Part shown: positions 12,539 through 23,015 of the stretch, in pieces
How the letters are laid out: each line of letters begins with the position of its first letter
Position numbering within the stretch: the first letter of the stretch is position 1
Assembly: GCA_001662655.1 (NCBI GenBank)
Contig: KV460266.1
Direction: 5' to 3' (one strand)
Origin: Pseudogymnoascus verrucosus
Taxonomy: Eukaryota
DNA: 52,788 nucleotides
Notes under the pieces: generated by a model
Seen by the model: only the letters and a program-made list of their open reading frames with translations
Database searches by the model: none
Told to the model about the DNA's origin: nothing
Translations under genes and position numbers: made by a program

Positions 12539-13296
12539 ACCCGACCTCTCTCAACCAACTAATTATCTAATTTCTCGGATCTGAGACGACACGGACGAGG
12601 GAAACGGGAGGAGTAATGGGAATGCATGGATGGATGGATGGATGGATGGAGCGATGAACGGGAAATGGAGGGAAGAGTGCAAAAGGAATGGGGAAGGAGA
12701 GGGGAGAGAGAGAGACTACAATACCCATGGCCATGGTTTTCCTTAAAAAAATAATTCAAACTCGTTGCCGGTGGGGGGGACAAAGTTGGTCTGCCATCAG
12801 GAGAGACGAATAGTAGTGAAAATGAAAAATCCACACCTTTTCACCGGCTATTACAAGATAGACCTGAAGCCATGATAATAACCATAAACCTCAAATCCGT
12901 GCTGCTACCCCATCTTCACCACCCCACTGGCTCCACCAAACACTGAATGCCAGTTGGTTGTCTACTATATTACACGTAAAAGCCCAGTATATCTATATCC
13001 CATCCCCTAGATCGAAACTCCTTCGTTTTGTCGGGGACAACATAAATCGTCATAGTTGTTTTTTCCAAAAATTAATATATATATATATATAAATATAAAT
13101 ATATCATCACAATTTTGACCTTTCAAATCTTGAGAAAATTATTCTTTTATTCATATTTTATGTTTTTTTTTTAATCCCTCTAAAAAAAAATACCCCTTCC
13201 CTATATACCCCCACCCCCCATTTCGGTAAGTGGCTGTCGAGAAATAAAAATATGCACAACAACAGAAAAGGTATATCCATAAAAAAAACGATTGTG

Positions 13297-13360
13297 GCTC
13301 CCCAAAACGGTTGATCCCCAAAAAGGTTGATCCCAAAAAAAGGTTTGATCCCCAAAAAAG
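13297..13360. repeat. Short imperfect tandem repeat, unit about GGTTGATCCCCAAAAA, 3-4 copies
   Basis: Sequence reads ctccccaaaacggttgatccccaaaaaggttgatcccaaaaaaaggtttgatccccaaaaaag. Confidence 0.7.
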
Positions 13361-13526
13361 AAGGAATTGCGCGCAAATAAGTTGGGTATATGCGCCTTTG
13401 TCATACACCACTCCCACTCCCCTACTCTTTTCCCACCCCAATCCCACCCCAATCCCACCCCACCAAATCCATCCATAAACCCAAAACATAAAATTCATAT
13501 AAAACCCATCCCATCCAAACCCCCCC

Positions 13527-16500
13527 TCACCTCCCCGCACCCGACATCCCCCTCGCCCTCCCCGCACCCCCAGGCGGCACAGGCGGCAACCCCCTCGTAG
13601 GCGGCGGCGCGGGCGGCGGTCCTACCACCTCCCCTGCACCCCCTCCCCCTCCCTCCCCACCCTTCCTACTCTTCGGCCTCCCCCCCCCCTCCCTCGTAAC
13701 CGGTCTCTCCCCACCACCTCCCTGCGCCATCATAATCGGGAACGTCGGTGATTTCAACGCCGGCGGGCTCCTAAGCGCCGTCGGGCTCCTCTCTCCATAA
13801 GAATTCCCAATCGAAGCGCCACGCTCGCGAATAACCATTCGATCTACCGCCTTGACGACACGGCCGGTAGTGACGCCTCCTGCGACGCCGCCGTAGGTGC
13901 CGTAGCCGCCTCCTCCGCCGGCGCCGTAGGATGCGAATCCACCACCTCCACCTCCACCGGCGCCGTAGGTTGCATAACCGCCTGGAGCGGACGATGCACC
14001 GCCGCTACCGGTATACCCAGACGCGCCACCGTCGGTGGGGACGGCGATGAAACCACGACTATTGAGGGGTTTGGGAGGGACGCGTCGTTCGCGCATTACG
14101 ACTATGGAGTCCCTCTTCTCCCGACCGTCCGCGCCTCCGCTGCCGCTAGAGCGGGCGATGGATATCCTCTTCCCCCCCTCACCCGGTCGACCGATCGAAG
14201 TACGTCGTTCCCGACCGGCACCGGCACCAAGACCGAGACCGATCCCAGCGCCTGGGGCGCCGTTGATAGAAACCCTCTTATCCCTCGCAGCCTGCGCCTT
14301 CGCGTTCGCGCGCGCGGTGTGTGGTGCAATCACCAGCGGACGCGGCGACAGACTCGGGTCCGAGAATGACGGGTCCTCGGTGGGAGCGGGCGAGGAGGAG
14401 GTGGAGGGGGGGAACGGGTATGAGAAGAGGGGTAGTGGCGGCGGGGCCCCAAGACCCGCGATGTGCTCGGAGGAGGAAGACTGAGCGAGCTCAGCCATAC
14501 CGAAAGAAGGCGACGTAGGCGTGTGAGCCCGCGGCGGGGGGGAGAGTCGGGATGTCCAGTGGTGGAATTGGAATTCATCATCTGACTCCCCCTCCCCCTC
14601 CGTCGGGCTCGACCCCATCCCCTGAGACATCGGCAGTGACGCACCACCCGCCCCGCCCCGGGAACTAGGCAAACTACTAGTCCTCTTCCCACTCCTCGGC
14701 GGCGGGATAGGCATAGCAGGCGCACCCCTCTGCATCTGTCTCCTCGCCCTCGATTTCGGGCTGATTGCTGGAGCGGAAATCTCATCCATCAACTCATCCG
14801 ACAGCATCGCGGGCGAAGGCTGGTCTTCTACGATTGAGAGACGGGTTTTCACCGCTGTAGGAGGCGTGCGGCGCGATGGTCGGCGGGGAGGCTGGGAGGG
14901 GTCGTTGGGTGGTGTTGTGGGGGGGAGAGGGGGGGTCGTTGTCGCTGCGATTATGGCGTCGAGGGCGGGTGGACGGGCGCCTTGGGCGCTTTGGCGGCGT
15001 TCGCGGATGTTGGCTGCGTTGGGACGTTGTTGTTGGTGGTGTTGCTGCTGCTGTTGTTGTTGGTGTTGGCCGAATTCACCGAATCCGTAACGCCCTTCCT
15101 CATCCTCGGCTGTGTGAGCCGGGGGGAAGGATTCGTAAATCGGGGATCGGGTAGGTGAGGAGTTGCGCGAGGCGGAGGGGGAGGTGAAGAATGTGCGGCC
15201 GCCTGAGGAGCGGGGTTGGCTGTACGTGTTACTATCCCTTAGCGAATCGAGGAGGTGCTCTTCGATTGATTTCGTGCTCGGCACCGATGAAAGGGTGTTT
15301 GTAGCGCGACTTGGTTGCGGGGTTTGCTCATCAGCGGGCCAAGGGGGGAGATTGGCAGTACGCTCATCTGTTTCCCAGGGGAGGGGGTCATTGTTATCGT
15401 TGGTGTCGTCGGAGTGCGGGGAGTAAAGGGGTTCGTTGACGGGAGAGGGGATGGGAAAGGCGTTCGTTGTTTCCGAGAGAGGGCTGCGTGATAACTCCAG
15501 GTTGTTGGTCGCGGGAGTTTCGCTGCTTGCTTTGCCGCCTAGCACGTCGATCTCGTGGCGCACGGCGGTGAGCCAGGTGTCGAGATCCTCGCCGTTATCC
15601 AAGATGAGTAGGAATTGCTTGATGGGCTTGACGTATGTAGACTTAGACCCCGGGCGCTGCTTAGCAGGCGGCGCGGGAGTAGCGGATAACTCGCCCGCTG
15701 TGATGGCGCTGAGGCCATCGTAGACGGTGGTGATCTGGATAACCCAGTGTCTTCCCGGAATCACATCGCTCGCAAACGCCACCGAATGCCTGCTAAGTCT
15801 AATCGACAGCTCCGGCAACCTATTAAACGCCCCATCACACGAGAACTGCAACAGATACCCCGCGGACGTCAACACGAAGATCTTGCGACTCCACTCCGCC
15901 TTCCCCAGCGTCTCAACAACCCGCTGCCGATGCTTCTCCTTCGCCTTATCCGCCTTCACCGGATCCGACCCAAAGCCCAAGGCAGCCACATTCTTCCCGG
16001 CCTTATCGTGCGTACTCAGGTAGATCACCGCATTCGCAGTTACCCCGCACGTCATCAAGGACCCATGCTTCACCGCGCCCGACAGCCCCTTAAAGAAAGG
16101 CGGCGGCTCCCACTTCGCCGGCGGCGCTGCTAGCGGCAAGGAAATGGTAGGCGGTCCCGCGCTCGTCGGCGGCCGCTCGAGACTGCGCTTCGGCATCGCA
16201 GCTAGAAAGCTGTCGCGCTTCCGCGACGGAGGCTTTTCCTCGCCCTGCGGATGCATACGCCCGGCTTTAGGCCCCGCGAGCGGGGGTTTCGTGCCGAAGA
16301 CCCTAGCGAGCTTCTCGCTCATCTGGGGCGGATGCGCGCCGGTGGGCGAATCGATGAAGGACGCACCATCCGACACGCTGGAGCCGCCATTCGTGCTCGT
16401 CCGCGAAATCGAGATATCATCGCTCAATTCGGTCGGGGTGAGCTCGACGCGGTGGCGCGGGCCGTCGTTGTACGGGAGGCGGTCGGCGAGGGCGCCGATC

Positions 16501-16745
16501 TCCGGGATGGGCGGCGGGTTGTAGGTCTGCTTCTTGGAGGAGGACTTGCTGAACATGTTGCGCAGCGATTTGGACTGGCGATGCTCGGATCTGCTGCCGC
16601 TGGAGTGGGAGGAGTCGACGCGCGTGAGGCTGGTGGCGTCGCTGATGTCGGATGGGCGCGGGGAGGAGGGCGGCGGTTTGGGCTGCTGGAAGACGCCGGC
16701 CCAGTCGCCCATAGGCGCGGTGGTTGGGGCGAAGATGAGGGCCAT
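13527..16745 (-). CDS. PH-domain-containing, largely disordered Pro/Ser/Gly-rich protein
   Basis: Single long ORF with first ATG at 16745 (MALIFAP). PH-like core 'EWSRKIFVLTSAGYLLQF..LPELSIRL..AFASDVIPGRHWVIQI..LDTWLTAVRHEI'. PolyQ tract and a C-terminal 'GPPPAPPPTRGLPPVP'. Confidence 0.75.
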   Translation of the reverse strand: MALIFAPTTAPMGDWAGVFQQPKPPPSSPRPSDISDATSLTRVDSSHSSGSRSEHRQSKSLRNMFSKSSSKKQTYNPPPIPEIGALADRLPYNDGPRHRVELTPTELSDDISISRTSTNGGSSVSDGASFIDSPTGAHPPQMSEKLARVFGTKPPLAGPKAGRMHPQGEEKPPSRKRDSFLAAMPKRSLERPPTSAGPPTISLPLAAPPAKWEPPPFFKGLSGAVKHGSLMTCGVTANAVIYLSTHDKAGKNVAALGFGSDPVKADKAKEKHRQRVVETLGKAEWSRKIFVLTSAGYLLQFSCDGAFNRLPELSIRLSRHSVAFASDVIPGRHWVIQITTVYDGLSAITAGELSATPAPPAKQRPGSKSTYVKPIKQFLLILDNGEDLDTWLTAVRHEIDVLGGKASSETPATNNLELSRSPLSETTNAFPIPSPVNEPLYSPHSDDTNDNNDPLPWETDERTANLPPWPADEQTPQPSRATNTLSSVPSTKSIEEHLLDSLRDSNTYSQPRSSGGRTFFTSPSASRNSSPTRSPIYESFPPAHTAEDEEGRYGFGEFGQHQQQQQQQHHQQQRPNAANIRERRQSAQGARPPALDAIIAATTTPPLPPTTPPNDPSQPPRRPSRRTPPTAVKTRLSIVEDQPSPAMLSDELMDEISAPAISPKSRARRQMQRGAPAMPIPPPRSGKRTSSLPSSRGGAGGASLPMSQGMGSSPTEGEGESDDEFQFHHWTSRLSPPPRAHTPTSPSFGMAELAQSSSSEHIAGLGAPPPLPLFSYPFPPSTSSSPAPTEDPSFSDPSLSPRPLVIAPHTARANAKAQAARDKRVSINGAPGAGIGLGLGAGAGRERRTSIGRPGEGGKRISIARSSGSGGADGREKRDSIVVMRERRVPPKPLNSRGFIAVPTDGGASGYTGSGGASSAPGGYATYGAGGGGGGGFASYGAGGGGGYGTYGGVAGGVTTGRVVKAVDRMVIRERGASIGNSYGERSPTALRSPPALKSPTFPIMMAQGGGGERPVTREGGGRPKSRKGGEGGGGGAGEVVGPPPAPPPTRGLPPVPPGGAGRARGMSGAGR

Positions 16746-19700
16746 GATTCCTCGCTTTCGTCGTGATCTCTCCGTTCGGTCGCAAACAGAGAGAGTCAGA
16801 AATCGGATCGGTCGATTTTCTAGAAACGGGGTGGGGTGTCCACACGTGGATATAGGTGGGATGTATGTACTATACTGGCAGTAGTCGCGAAATCGCCCGC
16901 GTTCTGGTTCAGGCCCCCGGCTTCGCGTTGATAGGACGGCAGAGTGCAAGGATGGACCTGCGAGTTAATGCTGCTCACAAGAGACAGGTGTGGGACAGCC
17001 TCGGCATTATTGGGGATCTCGAGAGCTCGTGAAGGAATGTGCCAGCATTGGAAGGTAGGAACGATAAGGCGTGCGTGGGTGCGACGATCTTGAGTTTCCT
17101 TTTTCTGTCTGTCTCTCTCTCTCTCGCTCGCTGGAAATATTTTTGGGAAATGGGTTTGAGATGGGAGGGGCGGGAGCGCGCACAGATTAGTGGAAGTAAG
17201 CAGAAAGTGGACTGGGCTGGTTTGTTGGAGGGAGGAGGAGTGTGTGATCCCCGGCGTCCATCAGCTCAGCCGCGACGGATGAAGAAAGGCGGTAGAAGTA
17301 GTGGAAGCTGGGCGGAAGCAAGCAGCAAAGCAATATTGTTTTTCGTAGAGTAACCAACAACAAGGACGACGCTTTTTTGGCCAGGGTTTGGACGTGGAGG
17401 GGAGATTATATTGGAATTGTCGGGCGGGAGGGAAGCAGGTCAATGGGCGTCTGTGTGTGTCGTCCGGACCATGTCCATGTCTTCTGTGGTTGTAGTACGG
17501 AGTATGTATGTATGTACTGTAGAGTAGCGGTAGCTAGAGACGGATAGTATATCTAAAATGATCCACGCAGGAAGCACCAACCAGACGGGCCAGAGACACA
17601 GGTTGACCCTTTTGTGGGGATATCCTGGGGAAACGCAGGGCCGCAGGAAGAGGAATAAATGGAGAACGGTCCCCTAGTTTTCCCTACTGACCCTAGTTTC
17701 TTCTTCATACCCTAGTTTCCACTTTCCAAGACCCCTAGTCATCTAGTCGACCAGGAAGCTAAATAGGCCGATGTGGCTAGAGTGGATAGTGGATAGCAAA
17801 GCGGGTTGGGTTGGTTCCTTTCGCTTTTGGCTATAATCGACAGAGAGCGAAGACACATACACATAGACACATATCATCCCATCCCTGGTCGGTGGTTAGG
17901 GCCGTTTAATTGAAGATATGCAAGTAAGTACGTACTCTTGTGCGTTGTTGTACTGTAGAATAATCTCTCCGAAAGGCGGCGGCGGGGCGATCAACAACGT
18001 TACCCTGTGGTGGTTGTTGCTTGTGTACATACATGGGTTTATGGGAAATGCGAGTGGTTGGTTGGTTGGTTGGGGGGGGGAGGGGAGAGGTGAAGGTGAG
18101 CCAATAGTGTAAATCGGAATAATTGAGAATAATATGAATAACTGAGAGAATAACTGGGAATTACTTTCCCCAGAATTGCGATTTTGTGGTCAGGGAGGTC
18201 AGCGGCGGACGGACAGGGCGTCATAGTTGTGGTCGTCGGGTGGGTAATGGGGTAAGAGTAGAGTAATATGGCAGAAAGGCAGATGTACGCATGGGCATGG
18301 GCACGGGCATGGGCACGGGGAGTCGTGGGGATTGATATGGTAGGAAGGAAGAAGCCGCCTGGGTATAGGAGCGATAATTTAAAAAGTCATGCGAATTATG
18401 TATGTGTGTAGTGAGTCTGTGTGTGCAGTGAGTGGGTGTGTGTGTTTAGTGGTGGTGTTTGAGCCACGAGTAACTCCGTATATACCTCCCTCTCTCTCTA
18501 TCCCTCTCCCTCTCTCTGGCCGCCCACCACTACCACCGCCCAACCACCGGCGAAATCGGAAACACACGTTCGTCCCTCCTCCGGCCATCAACAAAACGCC
18601 GAAGAAAGCGGAAGGAGGGAAGTAGAGGAGAGAAGGGACGGAGAAAGGGAAAGAGGCGTGTTTTAGTCCCCGAATAAGCAAATGAGAAGTCACAGAGTGA
18701 GACACGGCGAGGGGACCGAGAGGGAGCAGAAGGATGAGAGGTGTGTGGTGTGGATGCGGATTGGCGGGATGAACGAGCGATGGCGGGATGGTGGATGGTG
18801 GATGGAGGGTAGAAGGAGTGGAAGAAGGAGTGGAAGAAGTAGTGGCGTGTTCTAGTGTGGGTTGAGGAGAGACACAAGACAAGACAGCCGTTGTTTGGGA
18901 TGTCCAGTTACAGTATGGGTTATATCCACTCACACCCAACTGGAGTCTAGGGTAAGTACTAGTGATAGAGAGGATATGTACTGCACTGGTGATTATGTGT
19001 GATGGAGTACTTGTGAAGTTAGGTAGGGTACTTAAACCACAATGCATACGGGCAAGCTGTTGCTCGTGCTGGGTGTTACTTGTCTTTGTTGCTCCTCCTC
19101 TCCTCCTGCGCTGCGACTCTACAACTGCGGGTGCGTGTAGTCATGAAACAGTGTTGGTGTTGGAGACTCCGTTGTCCCAGAGTCGTCCCAGAGTCGTTCC
19201 AGAGTCGTCCTAGAGGAAGGAGAGAGGATGGACGCGATGGATGAGCCTCTGTGATGATGGGGGAGAACAGGATGGCCGAGGATGAGTCTGTCTGGTCTGT
19301 CTGGTACTGTACTCTGCCCTCCACATTACCTACGTACTATACTGTGCCGTTCACATGCTCCCCCCCATCCCGAGTCAAGCTCAGGGTCACGCACCTCACT
19401 CACTGACTGCCGCCTGGTTGATGCGTTTTTGGGTCTTGGATCTTGATTGTTGCGCTTTGATCTTGGTCTTGGTTATTGGCATCTTGTTCGGTAGTCGGTA
19501 GTCGCGTGCTTGTATGGGGAGAGGGGAGTGAGTACCAGATATTGAGTTTTGATGGTGGTGGTGGTGGTGGTGGGGGGGTAGAGAGAGGGATAGCACTGCA
19601 ACCACCACACAACCACGGCGCCATCAGAACCATCACACACACAACCACCACAAGCCATCACCACAACCACAACCCATCATCATCGTCCCGTAGATCTCTC

Positions 19701-22700
19701 CGTCGCTCCCACCTCTTTCCCTCTCCCCCAATCCAGCAACTCCATCCCCATCCCATCCTCGGACCCAGCCATTCTTTCACTCTTAGCTCACCTCCCATAT
19801 GACCAGGGTTCTCGGACCCTCGTACCCTCCCCATCCCCGCCTCGTACCCAGCCCAACAAACGGAACCACAACCGAACCGGCATCGTCTGTCCTCCTAGCC
19901 GCCTTCACATATCACAGTTCGCCGTCATCGGTCGTCTATCACTCTTACTACCACTACTTACTTACTTGGACTTTGCCTATTCCCCCCCCGGCGCCGGATA
20001 CATTATCCTTTCTCTCCCTCCCTGGTGGTAAAACCCAACAGCTGGTTGTGTGTGAGAATACCCGATAAACGAGGTTAAAACTGTGCGCCACACACCACCA
20101 CACACAGGTCGGTTACAATACCATCGACGGTACGGTACCATGGACCGCGTACTCTAATCTGGGATCATTGTATTGTAATTACCACCCTCCCATCCCCTCC
20201 CCTCCCCTCCCGCCGAAGGATGCGGAACAAGCAAGCCCACCACCGGCTCGACGGGAGGAAAGGAAGGAACTGAGGGTTCGACGACCCATGTTCCATGTTT
20301 AGGGAGGAAGCGTGGTTCGTATGCACGGAATAGTATAGAAGCAAGCCAGAATTAGACGGGTTAGAGATTGGAGAGGCGCTATTGACGGGTTGGATGGTCG
20401 GGTAGTAGTTACACTGGAAGGCTGGGAGATAGACAGACTATCGCACACCGACGAGAGAGGAAAGAGGGAGGGAGATAGTGAGTGTTAGAAGTGGTAGGAG
20501 TAGTAGGCAAGCGCGCACGACATCTCCGCCTCTCCACGCCGAGTCCGAAGGGGTAGGTAGATACGATACTTACCTGTGCACAACAATCGCGTCCTCCCTC
20601 ACTCACTCCCAGTCGCGATAGCCACAAACGCGATGAGGAAGGAGGGTGAGGTATTTTTACGTATACCAACCCTACCGATATCCATCTACCCATGTCTCCT
20701 CTCTCCGTCGATACACCCATCTGTACATCCGTCAACTCCTTGTACTGTGTGAGTGTACTAAACCTGGCAAAACCCATACCGAACCATCGCCTTTTACCCG
20801 CACCACAGACATTTTTTAATTTCCACAATCCCCAAGGTACACATGTGGCATCCCCGTGTGCGATCGTGTGTCTGGTCTGTGTCCCTTTCATCCATCCTTT
20901 ACCCTGTCCTACCTGTCCTTTCACCCTTCACCCTGTCCCCTTTCACCCTTCACCCTACCCTGCCTACCCTTTCATCCAGAACGTCCCTTGGAACAGTCCC
21001 CAGCACCTTCCCCAGCTCCTCTCTTCGGAACCTCCGATGCACCCCAGCTTGGTGCTCAGTGCTCACCCCGTCCAACGCGTCCCCAGTCCAGTGCTCACCC
21101 AGCTCCCCAGCCCCGTCAATGCTCCTTCCAGCAGGGTGAGCACAGCATGCCCAGTGCTCACCCTGTGCTCACCTCACCCTGTTGCTGTATACTCCTCACC
21201 CTGCTCTCACCCTGCTCACCCTGTTCCCCATACTCCCTCATACCCATACACCTCCCTCCCATCCCAGCCCCCAACACCGCAATACCACCGACCCCCCCGA
21301 CCAAGCACCGCCCTGGCCCGATTATGTTATGCGTACGCCTTACCCCGTCCGTCGTACAACCGGGTACATTCAGCCAGGTACGGTACAGTACAGTACAGTA
21401 TACACAGCCCGAGAGCGCGAGGGAGGAAGGAGGAAGGAAGGAAGATGGAAGGAAAGGAAGAAGGAAAGAAGGAAGAAGCCGTCGCTCGGTCGTCGCGCTG
21501 ACTCGATACTTTCCCTTCCCGTCAGTTCGTCGCGTTCTGGTCGCGTTGGGGCGTCTGCAAGTATGGTAAGTTTACGTGATGAGGGCTGGGCGTTACCTGA
21601 GCACAATGGGTGGTGGGTGGGTGTGGGCGTAAATGGGGAGGGAGTGAGTGGGCTTTCCCGTTTTTGACACCCTCCTCTCCTCCACACTTTCACCTCCCAC
21701 CACCACCACACACACACACCCCTCTCCCCACACAGCCGGCCTGCCGACCTGCCAACCTGCCAACCTGCCAGCTTTCAAGCACCACACCCGCACCCCACTA
21801 CCATCCACCACCCACTATCACCAGCAGCACCCAGCATGAGAAACTCCCCGCGTGACACCACTCCCCGCCCTCTCCCTCCATCACATGCTCTAGCACCACT
21901 ATATCCCATAAACAGACCTTCATATAAACCCACCCGCACCCCATCTCCACTTCCTGTCAATCAATGAGAAAAACCTGCTAGCTGGAGATCGAAGATCCCG
22001 CCTCCCCACGCGACCACCTTGATTGATGGGAGGGGAGGAGGGGAGGGAGTGATGAGGGGCGGACCACACGTGCCGCCGGATGACGAGGGAGTCCAGTGTG
22101 GTGGGGAGAGTGCTGCTGTGGGGAGAGTGCTTCTGTGGAGAGAGTGCTATGGTGGGGAGGGAGGACTGGGGAGAGTGCTGTGGGTTTGGGATAGCAGGGC
22201 ACAGGGCTGAGATGATCTGTTTGTCTATGCGATGTCGCCGGAGAGGATAGGTAAGGGACCCGACCGAAGACGGCGCGGGCAGCGTGGATCCGTTTTTTCT
22301 ATATCACTTTTTCTCAACGGATGATGTTTGCGCGAGGTTCCCCTGGCCCTGGGCTGGGCTGGGGTAAGGTAGGGAAGCTTACGTACGCCGGGGGTGAGTT
22401 TTTCAAGGGGTTTTTTTTTCTTCAGTACGGTATGGAGTAGAGTATACATTCATCTATCTATCTATCTGTCTGTTTGTGCAGCACCATCGTCGTTGGAAGC
22501 ATGCATATCGGAGAATACAAGACCAGACGGATCTGGAAAAGCGGAGGCAAGGACAAAACAAGCACTTACCACTTCTACCACTCTACCTTCTACCTAACTA
22601 CCCCATACTCCACATCCCCATCCCCATTCCTGGGATCTGGTTTCAAAGACCGTTTGTTTGTTCCTGGGACTTGCCATGCGACGTACTTTATTTTACCCCA

Positions 22701-23015
22701 TACTTCTTTACCTTTACTCACGGACGGAGGGGGACGGAGAAATTCTGTTTGGGTGGTGAGGCGGGGAGGGGAGGGAATTTCTCCGTCTGGGGGAGGGTAG
22801 ATCGATCGGCCGATCGAAGAAAGACCCAACTCTGATCTATCTCCATCACGTGTGTACTTGACTGTAGCCCCCCCTTTCTTAGTAGATACGGGTTTGTGCA
22901 TGGGGATGAGGATAACGAGGTGGAGGTTGATGAGGATGAATGTGTATTCCATACAGATAATGATAAACATCCCCAAGAACTCTCCCCTCCCCCTCTATAC
23001 AACAACGACAACAAC

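Noticed and set aside
13297..13360. Repeat-spacer-like pattern suggestive of CRISPR
   Set aside because: Eukaryotic context, units of about 16-18 bp with no unique spacers, and no cas genes.
16746..16949. 68-codon N-terminal extension of the PH-domain ORF from a non-ATG start
   Set aside because: The ORF track uses a TTG start; the first ATG is at 16745 and the extension looks like UTR sequence.
20692..21667. Overlapping 269, 237 and 161-aa ORFs in the long intergenic region
   Set aside because: Low-complexity P/S/H translations open in several frames because C-rich simple sequence lacks stops; no motifs or splice-supported model.
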